NCBI GenBank assembly: GCA_035403765.1
Contig: DAONFU010000005.1
Span: forward strand, 1 to 34,141
DNA length: 34,141 nucleotides
Source: Bacteroidales bacterium
GTDB lineage: Bacteria > Bacteroidota > Bacteroidia > Bacteroidales > CAIWKO01
Direction of reading: 5' to 3'
In this document: positions 16,388 through 23,803 of the stretch, one piece after another
Numbering within the stretch: position 1 is the stretch's first letter
How the letters are laid out: each line of letters begins with the position of its first letter
Made by a program: the position numbers and the translations under genes
The notes under the pieces: model-generated
The model's database searches: none
Told to the model about the DNA's origin: nothing
The model's input: only the letters and a program-made list of their open reading frames with translations

Positions 16388-16505
16388 CACTTTCCACTTT
16401 CTACTTTCCACTTTCCACTTTCCACTTGCCACTTGCCACTTGCCGCTTGCTACTTGCTACTTTCCACTTTCTACTTGCAACTTTCTACTTTCCACTTTCC
16501 ATTTC
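16388..16505. repeat. Heptanucleotide tandem repeat, 16 full units plus one degenerate unit, consensus YACTTKC
   Basis: Unit-by-unit reading: cactttc x2, tactttc, cactttc x2, cacttgc x3, cgcttgc, tacttgc, tactttc, cactttc, tacttgc, aactttc, tactttc, cactttc, catttc. It abuts the stop codon (16504-16506) of the minus-strand guanylyltransferase gene. Confidence 0.95.
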
Positions 16506-17598
16506 AAATATATTGTTCCCCTTTTTCAATTTTGATTTTTACATCATTCACAAAATTGCGGATCTGCTGTTCGTCGTTTTTACGGCATATTAACAACACA
16601 TTCCCCGACTCCACCACAATGTAATCGTCGAGGCCCTGCAGCACTACCAGCTTGTCTTCGGGCATATTTACAATGCAGTTGTGGCTGTCGTACATAATTA
16701 CATCTTTGCCAACTATGGCATTGCCGGCTTCGTTTTTTTTGCGGTTTTCATATAAGGAGCCCCAGGTACCCAGGTCAGACCAGCCGAAATCAGAACACAG
16801 CACATATACATTATCAGCCTTTTCCATCACACCATAGTCGATAGAAATGCTTTTGCCAGTGGCGTAAGCGTGCTGAATAAATTCCGGTTCTTTTTCTGTA
16901 TTGTATATCCCCTTACCTTTTCCAAACGATTCGTTGATTTCGGGAAGATGCGTTTCAAAAGCTTGAAGAATACTTTTTATTGACCAGACGAAAATGCCCG
17001 AATTCCATAAGAAATCACCGCTTTCAATAAATTGCCGTGCCATTTCGAGCACGGGTTTTTCGGTAAAAGTTTTTACTTTTTTTAAGCGGGTATCTTCGGG
17101 GTAAGCATCCGTATCCTTGAATTGAATATAGCCATAACCCGTGTCGGGACGGCTTGGGGTAATACCCAGTGTCAGCAGCCAGTTATTTTTTGAGGCTGCC
17201 TGAAGTGCCGAGCTGATGATACCGGAAAAAGAATCTTCGTTAAGGATAATGTGGTCGGAAGGGGCTATTACCACATTGGCATCAGGGTCAGATTCATTGA
17301 TTTTATAACAGGCATAAGCAATACACGGTGCGGTATTTCTGCGGGCAGGCTCAGCAATTATCTGACGCGCTTCCAGAGAAGGTATTTGTTCCCTTACCAG
17401 GTCGGCATATTTTTCGTTAGTAACAATAAAAATGTTATCTTTCGGGATGATCTTTTCAAAACGCCTGAAAGTTTGCTGTATCAGCGTTTCTCCCGTGCCT
17501 AGAATATCAATGAATTGTTTGGGATGGGAAGTGCGGCTCAGGGGCCAGAAACGCGAACCTATGCCGCCCGCCATAATCACACAATAGTTACTGCTCAT
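16504..17598 (-). CDS. Mannose-1-phosphate guanylyltransferase (nucleotidyltransferase domain only, no PMI domain)
   Basis: N-terminus CVIMAGGIGSRFWPLSR..PKQF, which is the NTP-transferase G-rich loop. It also has IIAEPARRNTAPCIAYA, and its length and C-terminal beta-helix-like region are typical of ManC-type enzymes. Confidence 0.8.
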   Translation of the reverse strand: MSSNYCVIMAGGIGSRFWPLSRTSHPKQFIDILGTGETLIQQTFRRFEKIIPKDNIFIVTNEKYADLVREQIPSLEARQIIAEPARRNTAPCIAYACYKINESDPDANVVIAPSDHIILNEDSFSGIISSALQAASKNNWLLTLGITPSRPDTGYGYIQFKDTDAYPEDTRLKKVKTFTEKPVLEMARQFIESGDFLWNSGIFVWSIKSILQAFETHLPEINESFGKGKGIYNTEKEPEFIQHAYATGKSISIDYGVMEKADNVYVLCSDFGWSDLGTWGSLYENRKKNEAGNAIVGKDVIMYDSHNCIVNMPEDKLVVLQGLDDYIVVESGNVLLICRKNDEQQIRNFVNDVKIKIEKGEQYI

Positions 17599-17682
17599 TA
17601 TTATATTTTATTTTAATTTTTGGCAAAAATATCAAATTATCATTGATTATCTGCGGGTTTTTTCATTTTAAATCGCCGGCGC

Positions 17683-18315
17683 TTAATTCAATTCAAAATC
17701 CAAGGCCTTGCTCACCGGGTTAACTTTCATTGCTGCGTTGATCAGATACCAGCGTTTGTTATTCAAACAATAACACTTGTATCGGGTGCGGATTTTTTCG
17801 CCTTTCCGGAAAACCAGCCCGTTATGAATGGAAAATACTGAGTCGGTGGCCAGCTCTGCAAGAAATTCTATAGTTGTAGTGGTATCATATTTCGATAAGG
17901 ACAGTGTCAGGTTATATTCAGCGGTATGCGCAGGTTCACCGGTTTTTACAAAAATCTTTACCAGCGCGTGAGCTATATCGGACGGAAAGATATTTTTTTC
18001 CAATAAAAAAAACACCAGCGACCTGTAATTGGACTTCCACTCATCTCCATGCGGTTTTGCTTTCCTCTTATGAGCATTCCAGGTAATTAAATGGGCATAT
18101 TCGTGAGTAAAGGTTATGAGAAAAGCATATTTGTTCAGGTTGCGGTTGACGCTAATCCTGTGATAGGGCTTTTCCCTGTCGGGAGGGCGGTAGTCGCCCG
18201 ATTTGGTAGCTCTTTCCCGGGTAATAATCAACTGCAAAGGATGTGATTGCATCCAATGAAGTATTGTATCAAAACTTGTTTCGGGAAAATATGGCGCTAA
18301 AGATTCTTTATCCAA
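17683..18315 (-). CDS. SprT-like zinc metalloprotease domain protein
   Basis: HEYAHLITWNAHKRKAKPHGDEW contains the HExxH zinc motif in a SprT-like context (TKSGDYRPP...ISVNRNLNKYAFLITFTHEYAHL). The start is uncertain. I chose the TTG at 18313-18315, which overlaps the upstream mini-ORF stop (aTTGgaTAA). The tracked ORF extends to a TTG at 18417. Confidence 0.6.
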   Translation of the reverse strand: MDKESLAPYFPETSFDTILHWMQSHPLQLIITRERATKSGDYRPPDREKPYHRISVNRNLNKYAFLITFTHEYAHLITWNAHKRKAKPHGDEWKSNYRSLVFFLLEKNIFPSDIAHALVKIFVKTGEPAHTAEYNLTLSLSKYDTTTTIEFLAELATDSVFSIHNGLVFRKGEKIRTRYKCYCLNNKRWYLINAAMKVNPVSKALDFELN

Positions 18316-18451
18316 TGTTTTGAACCTTTTCGGTGGGTTGTGCCTGGCTAAAGGTGGGGCATTGGTTGTACCGGTGTTTTTTAGATGCACAGCCCGAAAG
18401 AATAATAGAGACAACAAACACCAATAGGATGAGAATCTTGTTAGCTTTCAT
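18308..18451 (-). CDS. Mini-lipoprotein (47 aa) with KKHR..CPTFSQ motif
   Basis: The internal ATG at 18449-18451 gives MKANKILILLVFVVSIILSGCASKKHRYNQCPTFSQAQPTEKVQNIG. It has a clear signal peptide and lipobox (LSGC) and is paralogous to the adjacent upstream mini-ORF. Confidence 0.5.
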   Translation of the reverse strand: MKANKILILLVFVVSIILSGCASKKHRYNQCPTFSQAQPTEKVQNIG

Positions 18452-18602
18452 ATAAAATATTGTTTTGAATAGTTGCGTTTTTGATTTGTGAAAATGTGGG
18501 ACAGTCTTTACATTTGTGCTTTTGAGAAGTTTTGCACGATGAGATACCAAATGCATAACCCGCCAGGATTAAAACTACCAGGTATATTTTAATTTTTCTC
18601 AT
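18441..18602 (-). CDS. Mini-lipoprotein (53 aa) with QKHK..CPTFSQ motif
   Basis: The internal ATG at 18600-18602 gives MRKIKIYLVVLILAGYAFGISSCKTSQKHKCKDCPTFSQIKNATIQNNILYES. It has a signal peptide plus Cys. Its 3' end overlaps the start of the next mini-ORF by 11 nt. Confidence 0.5.
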   Translation of the reverse strand: MRKIKIYLVVLILAGYAFGISSCKTSQKHKCKDCPTFSQIKNATIQNNILYES

Positions 18603-18788
18603 CTGGAATTTTATTATAGTAAACTGTTTCGCAAAATTAATGAAAAAACCTTTGATTTCGGGCAAAATTACATACTGGGATTAAAAATAAAATATTCCCA
18701 CATCGCCTCTTTAAAGATAAACAGTTATCAATTTTTGCAGCATGTTTTTAAAATATTGCTAAATTCGCAGAAAATAATAAGTCGCCGC

Positions 18789-19529
18789 TTGAAAAAAGCA
18801 TTAACCACTATAGGGCACTACCTGCTGTTGATGAAGAAGGTGTTTTCGAGACCCGAAAAAGGACCGGTTTTTCGTCAGCAAATTCTGACAGAAATGGACA
18901 ATCTGGGTATTGATTCATTGGGCATCGTGGCCATTATCTCCGTATTTATGGGTGCTGTAGTGGCCATGCAGACAGGTTATAATACCACCAGCGCCTGGAT
19001 ACCCGAATATACCGTTGGATTTACCACCAGAGAATCCATAATCCTTGAGTTTTCAAACACCATTATCTGCCTTATTCTTGCGGGTAAGGTGGGTTCGCGC
19101 ATTGCCTCCGAAATAGGCACCATGCGGGTTACCGAGCAGATTGATGCCCTGGAAGTAATGGGCATCAATTCGGCCAGTTATTTGATTCTGCCCAAGATAG
19201 TGGCGGCCATGTTGATATTTCCTGTGCTGGTTATCGTCAGTATGTTTTTAGGAATTTTGGGCGGATGGTTTGCCGCCGCCTGGATGAATGTGGTAACCGT
19301 TTCGGCTTATTACGACGGCATCACCCTGGATTTGATTCCTTTTGAAATATTTTATTCCATTGTAAAAACTATCGCTTTCTCTTTTATCATCACCTCCGTA
19401 TCCGGATTTTATGGTTTTAATGCCTATGGCGGCGCCCTTGAAGTTGGCCGTGCCAGCACAAAGGCTGTGGTGATGAGCAGTATTCTTATTATATTGTTCA
19501 ACCTGGTGATTACACAGCTGATGTTATAG
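18789..19529 (+). CDS. mlaE: MlaE-family ABC transporter permease
   Basis: LGIDSLGIVAIISVFMGAVVAMQ, EIGTMRVTEQIDALEVMGINS and multiple TM segments are typical of MlaE/Ttg2B. A TTG start at 18789 gives the conventional short N-terminus (MKKALTTIGHYLLLMKKVF). Alternative starts are the TTG at 18735 and the ATG at 18831. Confidence 0.8.
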   Translation: MKKALTTIGHYLLLMKKVFSRPEKGPVFRQQILTEMDNLGIDSLGIVAIISVFMGAVVAMQTGYNTTSAWIPEYTVGFTTRESIILEFSNTIICLILAGKVGSRIASEIGTMRVTEQIDALEVMGINSASYLILPKIVAAMLIFPVLVIVSMFLGILGGWFAAAWMNVVTVSAYYDGITLDLIPFEIFYSIVKTIAFSFIITSVSGFYGFNAYGGALEVGRASTKAVVMSSILIILFNLVITQLML

Positions 19530-19531
19530 GT

Positions 19532-20278
19532 ATGATTGAAACCCGCAATATATCCAAAGGATTTGCCGATAAAATGGTGATTAAAGACATCAGCGTGATT
19601 TTTGAACGCGGAAAAACCAACCTGATTATTGGTCCGAGTGGTTCGGGTAAAACGGTGCTGATGAAATGCATTGTGGGTCTGCTCGAGGTTGATGAGGGCC
19701 ACATCCTTTTTGACAACAGGCCTTTTACCGAGATGTCTTTCAACGAAAAAAAAATTATACGGCAGGAAATCGGCATGATGTTTCAGGGCGGCGCCTTGTT
19801 TGATTCTATGACTGTAGAGGAAAATGTTATGTTTCCGCTGACCTTGTTCACCAAAAAATCGCTGGAAGAAAAACGTGACAGGGTGAATTTTTGCCTCAAA
19901 CGGGTCAATCTCGAAAATGTAAACAAATTGTTTCCTGCTGAAATCAGCGGCGGGATGAAAAAACGTGTTGCCATTGCCCGGGCTATTGCAATGAACCCCA
20001 GTTATCTGTTTTGCGACGAACCCAATTCCGGATTAGATCCAAAAACTTCTATCCTGATAGACAACCTCATCAGCGAGATTACACAGGAATACCAAATGAC
20101 AACGGTTATCAATACTCACGATATGAATTCGGTGATAGAAATAGGCGACAAAATAGCTTTTGTGTACACCGGAAAACTTTGGTGGGTAGGCGACAAACAT
20201 CAAATACTCGATACAGACAACCCGGAATTAAATAACTTTGTGTATGCTACAGAACTCACACGCCGCTTAAAAAAATAG
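19532..20278 (+). CDS. mlaF: MlaF-like ABC transporter ATP-binding protein
   Basis: Walker A GPSGSGKT, Q-loop MMFQGGALF, ABC signature ISGGMKKRVAIARA and Walker B LFCDEPNSGLD. It starts 2 nt after the permease stop. Confidence 0.85.
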   Translation: MIETRNISKGFADKMVIKDISVIFERGKTNLIIGPSGSGKTVLMKCIVGLLEVDEGHILFDNRPFTEMSFNEKKIIRQEIGMMFQGGALFDSMTVEENVMFPLTLFTKKSLEEKRDRVNFCLKRVNLENVNKLFPAEISGGMKKRVAIARAIAMNPSYLFCDEPNSGLDPKTSILIDNLISEITQEYQMTTVINTHDMNSVIEIGDKIAFVYTGKLWWVGDKHQILDTDNPELNNFVYATELTRRLKK

Positions 20279-20279
20279 T

Positions 20280-20819
20280 ATGAATTATCTCGATATTATT
20301 ATCCTGATCCCACTGGGATTCGCTGTTTTCAAGGGCTTGCGCAAAGGCCTGATTTATGAACTGGCGGTACTGGTGTCTTTGTTTGTAGGTATTTTTGCTG
20401 GGATATATTTTTCCGATTTTATCGCAGGGCTGCTGATCCGTAACCTTGGGATGAGTGAAATATACACCAAAGCAGTGGCTTTCACTTTGATTTTTATTGC
20501 CGTGATTGTGCTTGTGCGCATGTTTGCCAAAGCGATAGAATCAATGATTGACATGACCGCCCTGAGCATGGTAAATAAAATCCTCGGGGCCGTGTTTTCT
20601 GTTCTGAAGATTGCCTTGGTGTTGAGCGTAATTTTCTTTATCATCAACCGGTACGACCCACGCGAAGCCCTGATATCCCATCAGGCTAAAGAAAAATCAT
20701 TTATGTATAAACCAGTATCCAGCATTGCCCCCATAGCTATCCCCAAAATAAATTCAGAAATACAAAAATGGCGGGCACAAAAAGATAGTATTCCGCAGGA
20801 TAAGAACCAGCCGGAATAG
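20280..20819 (+). CDS. cvpA: CvpA family membrane protein
   Basis: MNYLDIIILIPLGFAVFKGLRKGLIYEL is the typical CvpA N-terminus. There are about four TM segments and an LSMVNKILGAVFSVLK motif. Confidence 0.7.
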   Translation: MNYLDIIILIPLGFAVFKGLRKGLIYELAVLVSLFVGIFAGIYFSDFIAGLLIRNLGMSEIYTKAVAFTLIFIAVIVLVRMFAKAIESMIDMTALSMVNKILGAVFSVLKIALVLSVIFFIINRYDPREALISHQAKEKSFMYKPVSSIAPIAIPKINSEIQKWRAQKDSIPQDKNQPE

Positions 20820-20825
20820 TGTTTG

Positions 20826-22040
20826 TTAGTCTTCCATTATCGCCTTAACCCCAGGCAGCTCCCGTCCTTCGATAAATTCAAGCATGGCGCCGCCACCGGT
20901 AGAAACATAGCTGATCTGGTCGGCAAGGTTATATTGGTTTATGGCCGCTACCGAGTCGCCGCCGCCGATAAGCGAGAAAGATCCCCTGATAGTGGCGCTG
21001 GCCACGGCAATAGCAATTGATTTGGTGCCTTGCTTGAAATGCGGAAGCTCAAAAACTCCCATAGGACCATTCCAGATAATGGTTTCCGAGGCATTGATGA
21101 TGTCGGCAAACCGACGGCAGGTTTTCCTTCCGATATCGAGCCCCATCCAGTTTTTGGGAATCGCATCGGCCTGGCTTTCCTTAAAGTTGGCTTCATCATA
21201 AAAGCCATCGGCTATCACCGCATCCGTGGGTATATAGAGGTTGACACCCCGCAGCATCATTTCCTGAACCATTTCCATCACCTCGGGAATTTTATCCTCT
21301 TCAACCAGCGAACCGCCTACCTCGCCGCCAAAGGCCTTGATAAAAGTAAAAGCCATGCCTCCGCCAATAATAAGGTTGTCAACCTTATTGATCAGGTTTT
21401 TAATGATAGAAATTTTGGAAGAAACTTTTGCGCCACCAATAATAGCTGTAAAAGGCGATTTGGCTTCGTTAAGGATAAAATTAAGGTTTTTCAGCTCGTT
21501 GGCAAGCAATATCCCGAAGTATTTGTTGTTGGGAAAAAATTCCGCTATGGTGGCCGTGGAAGCGTGTTTGCGGTGCGCGGTAGCAAAGGCATCGTTGATG
21601 TATATGTCGCCCAGAGAGGCCAGTTCTTTGGCAAATTTTTTATCGCCTTTTTCTTCTTCGGGATAAAATCTGAGGTTTTCGAGCAATACCACATCTCCTG
21701 GTTTGAGCGCTCCGCACACCTCAAAAGTTTTCGGACCAAACAGGTCGCGTGTAAAAATAATATTACGGTTGAGCAGGTGCGACAAACGCGGGACAACAGG
21801 CGTCAAAGAATAATCCTGTTCAAAACCTCCCTTGGGACGGCCAAGATGCGACATAAGTATCGCTGTTCCCCCGTCATTCAACACTTTCTGTATGGTGGGC
21901 AAGGACTCTCTGATGCGAGTATCGTCGGTGATCTGCCGGTTTTGATCCAATGGAACATTAAAATCAACCCGTATCAGTACTTTTTTATTTTTAAAGTTTA
22001 CTTTGTCGATGGTTTTTAACCTGAGATTTGAGTTTACCAT
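20826..22040 (-). CDS. pgk: Phosphoglycerate kinase
   Basis: The start was trimmed to the ATG at 22038-22040. Motifs present: KVLIRVDFNVPL, MSHLGRPKG, NDAFATAHR, GGAKVSSKI, WNGPMGVFE and STGGGA. Confidence 0.95.
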   Translation of the reverse strand: MVNSNLRLKTIDKVNFKNKKVLIRVDFNVPLDQNRQITDDTRIRESLPTIQKVLNDGGTAILMSHLGRPKGGFEQDYSLTPVVPRLSHLLNRNIIFTRDLFGPKTFEVCGALKPGDVVLLENLRFYPEEEKGDKKFAKELASLGDIYINDAFATAHRKHASTATIAEFFPNNKYFGILLANELKNLNFILNEAKSPFTAIIGGAKVSSKISIIKNLINKVDNLIIGGGMAFTFIKAFGGEVGGSLVEEDKIPEVMEMVQEMMLRGVNLYIPTDAVIADGFYDEANFKESQADAIPKNWMGLDIGRKTCRRFADIINASETIIWNGPMGVFELPHFKQGTKSIAIAVASATIRGSFSLIGGGDSVAAINQYNLADQISYVSTGGGAMLEFIEGRELPGVKAIMED

Positions 22041-22157
22041 AAAATTATTTTTAAAAATTTCAGTAAAAATAATAATCAATAGCTGATAATCAAAAATAAA
22101 TAGGTGTTTTTTATAAAACAGCAAAAAAAACATATATTTGTTGAAATCAATAATAGT

Positions 22158-22949
22158 ATGCAAGATTTACACATCACCGTCATCCAAAGCAACCTGGCCT
22201 GGGAACAGGTGCGGAAAAATCTCGATAATTTTGATAAGAAACTGGAAGGCCTGAAAAACAAACAGGATGTGGTGGTGCTCCCCGAAATGTTTGCAACGGC
22301 TTTTACTATAAATGTTAGGGATTTTGGCGGCAGCATGGACAGCCCTGTTATAAAGTGGATGGACGAAAAAGCAGTAGCGCTCAACTCGGCTGTTGCCGGC
22401 AGTGTCATCGTTAAAGAAAAGGATGTTTTTTACAACCGCCTGGTGTGGATGAACCCCGATCATACGTTTGAAACATACGACAAAAGGCATTTGTTCCGTT
22501 TTGGCGGGGAACATAATTTTTTTACGGCCGGAGGCAATAAAATTATTGTGGAACATAAAGGTTGGCGAGTTTGTCCCCTGGTTTGTTATGACCTGAGGTT
22601 CCCGGTATGGTCCAAAAATAAATTGCTGAACGAAAACTATCAGTATGATGTGCTGATTTATGTTGCCAATTGGCCTGAAGCCCGTAAGCAGCACTGGAAA
22701 ACCCTGCTTCAGGCACGTGCCATCGAAAACCTTTGTTTTGTGGTGGGAGTGAACCGCACAGGATGCGATGGCCGCGGCATACATCATTCAGGCAATTCGT
22801 TAATCATCAGCCCCAGGGGTGAGATATTACACGAGCTGGCCGATAATACCGAAGAAGTAAAAACCATGGTGTTGCCCAGGGCCGATTTGCTCAACTATCG
22901 CCAAAAATTCAATGTGGCACCCGATTGGGACGATTTTAGGATTTTGTGA
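22158..22949 (+). CDS. Carbon-nitrogen hydrolase (nitrilase superfamily) protein, omega-amidase/YafV-like
   Basis: The ATG at 22158 gives MQDLHITVIQSNLAWE. The catalytic triad context is VVVLPEMF (Glu), YDKRHLF (Lys) and VCPLVCYDLRFP (Cys). Confidence 0.8.
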   Translation: MQDLHITVIQSNLAWEQVRKNLDNFDKKLEGLKNKQDVVVLPEMFATAFTINVRDFGGSMDSPVIKWMDEKAVALNSAVAGSVIVKEKDVFYNRLVWMNPDHTFETYDKRHLFRFGGEHNFFTAGGNKIIVEHKGWRVCPLVCYDLRFPVWSKNKLLNENYQYDVLIYVANWPEARKQHWKTLLQARAIENLCFVVGVNRTGCDGRGIHHSGNSLIISPRGEILHELADNTEEVKTMVLPRADLLNYRQKFNVAPDWDDFRIL

Positions 22950-22975
22950 TTTTCTACCAACCCAATAAATAAAAA

Positions 22976-23010
22976 AGAGGCTGCCTTCATGTTTCGGGCA
23001 ACCTCTTTTG
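22976..23010. terminator. Hairpin between the amidase gene and tRNA-Lys (possible bidirectional terminator)
   Basis: agaggctgcc (22976..22985) pairs with ggcaacctct (22997..23006) with one G-U position. It is flanked by an A-run upstream and tttt downstream. Confidence 0.5.
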
Positions 23011-23013
23011 CTG

Positions 23014-23086
23014 TCTCCTCGCGGGGACTCGAACCCCGGACCCATTGATTAAGAGTCAATTGCTCTACCAGCTGAGCTACGAAGAG
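23014..23086 (-). tRNA. tRNA-Lys (anticodon CTT)
   Basis: The reverse complement reads CTCTTCG TA GCTC AGCTGGTA GAGC A ATTGA CTCTTAA TCAAT GGGTC CGGGG TTCGAGT CCCCG CGAGGAG A. The cloverleaf folds by hand with a 7-bp acceptor stem (one G-U), a TTCGAGT T-loop and anticodon CTT. CCA is not encoded. Confidence 0.9.
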
Positions 23087-23766
23087 AATACGGGTGCAAA
23101 AATATAAAAAAATATTGATTTGCATGAAAAAATACAAAACCAGGCAATTTCTCTTTCTGAGGTGCTGTTATAAAAAAAATTTACGATTGTTGAGTTAAGA
23201 AGATAACCTCGTTTATTATAACACGACATGGAAAATAAACGTTAACAGGGGCAGAGCCCCGAAATATTTGTAAAGCATGGCTGCCCCGTAAAAAAGTAAG
23301 GTGCAAAGCACCGTAACATATTATTTGTTACCCACTTATAAATATTGATTTTCGGGCATGATATTCATGATAAACATTTTACGCTGTACTGTTTATGAAT
23401 ACCCTTTAACAATGCCTGTTTTTCCGTTTGCATAAACAAGATGTACACATCAATGCATATAGGCCCGGCCATAATCAGGAGTATCATATTAGGTACGCCT
23501 GTCTGCCGGACCAGGCTGGCTGTACCTTATTTTTCAAATTAGCCTATTTGTTTTATTGATAAACATGAATTAGTTTCAGTACCTCAAAAAAAGATTTTTC
23601 CTAAACGAACACGAAGCTTGTACATGTTATCTTAGCGCCTAACGAGGAGCTTTTTGTAAGTTTTTTTCGCTGGCTAAAGTATTTTTATCTCAAGTTTTTT
23701 CAGTCAGGCCTGTGGTTTTTACAAATATATACATTTTATAAATTCTTTTTATTGAAAAATATTTAT

Positions 23767-23774
23767 TAAGTTTG
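23767..23774 (+). promoter_or_regulatory. Candidate -7 promoter box (TAAGTTTG) upstream of glnA
   Basis: Matches TAnnTTTG and lies 29 nt upstream of the ATG at 23804. Confidence 0.3.
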
Positions 23775-23803
23775 ACGCCAGATTATTAACAAAAATATCA
23801 GAC

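Noticed and set aside
16388-16505. Possible CRISPR array
   Set aside because: The units are 7 nt long and directly abutting with no spacers, and there are no cas genes. It is a microsatellite-like tandem repeat, not a CRISPR array.
16433-16624. 63-aa plus-strand ORF (MPLAACYLLLSTFYLQLSTFHFPF...)
   Set aside because: Its N-terminal half is just the translation of the 7-nt tandem repeat (not a multiple of 3), and the rest is antisense to the guanylyltransferase gene.
21030-22019. 329-aa plus-strand ORF (and the 109-aa ORF at 21337..21666)
   Set aside because: It lies entirely antisense to phosphoglycerate kinase, whose translation carries all canonical PGK motifs. The antisense product is low-complexity with no recognisable motif, so it is a shadow ORF.
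22041-22163. 41-codon N-terminal extension of pgk in the tracked ORF
   Set aside because: The extension (MHTIIDFNKYMFFLLFYKKH...) is AT-rich intergenic-looking sequence overlapping the divergent amidase start region. The conserved PGK N-terminus begins at the internal ATG at 22040.
22167-22787. 206-aa minus-strand ORF
   Set aside because: It is antisense to the carbon-nitrogen hydrolase gene, which has a clear Glu-Lys-Cys triad context. No motif supports it.
23230-23540. Known housekeeping ncRNA (RNase P RNA, tmRNA, SRP RNA, 6S) in the glnA upstream region
   Set aside because: On either strand I could not find the conserved RNase P P4 strings (GAGGAAAGTCC-type), a tmRNA tag-reading-frame/tRNA-like end, or an SRP domain IV motif. 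Only an unclassified structured element can be proposed.
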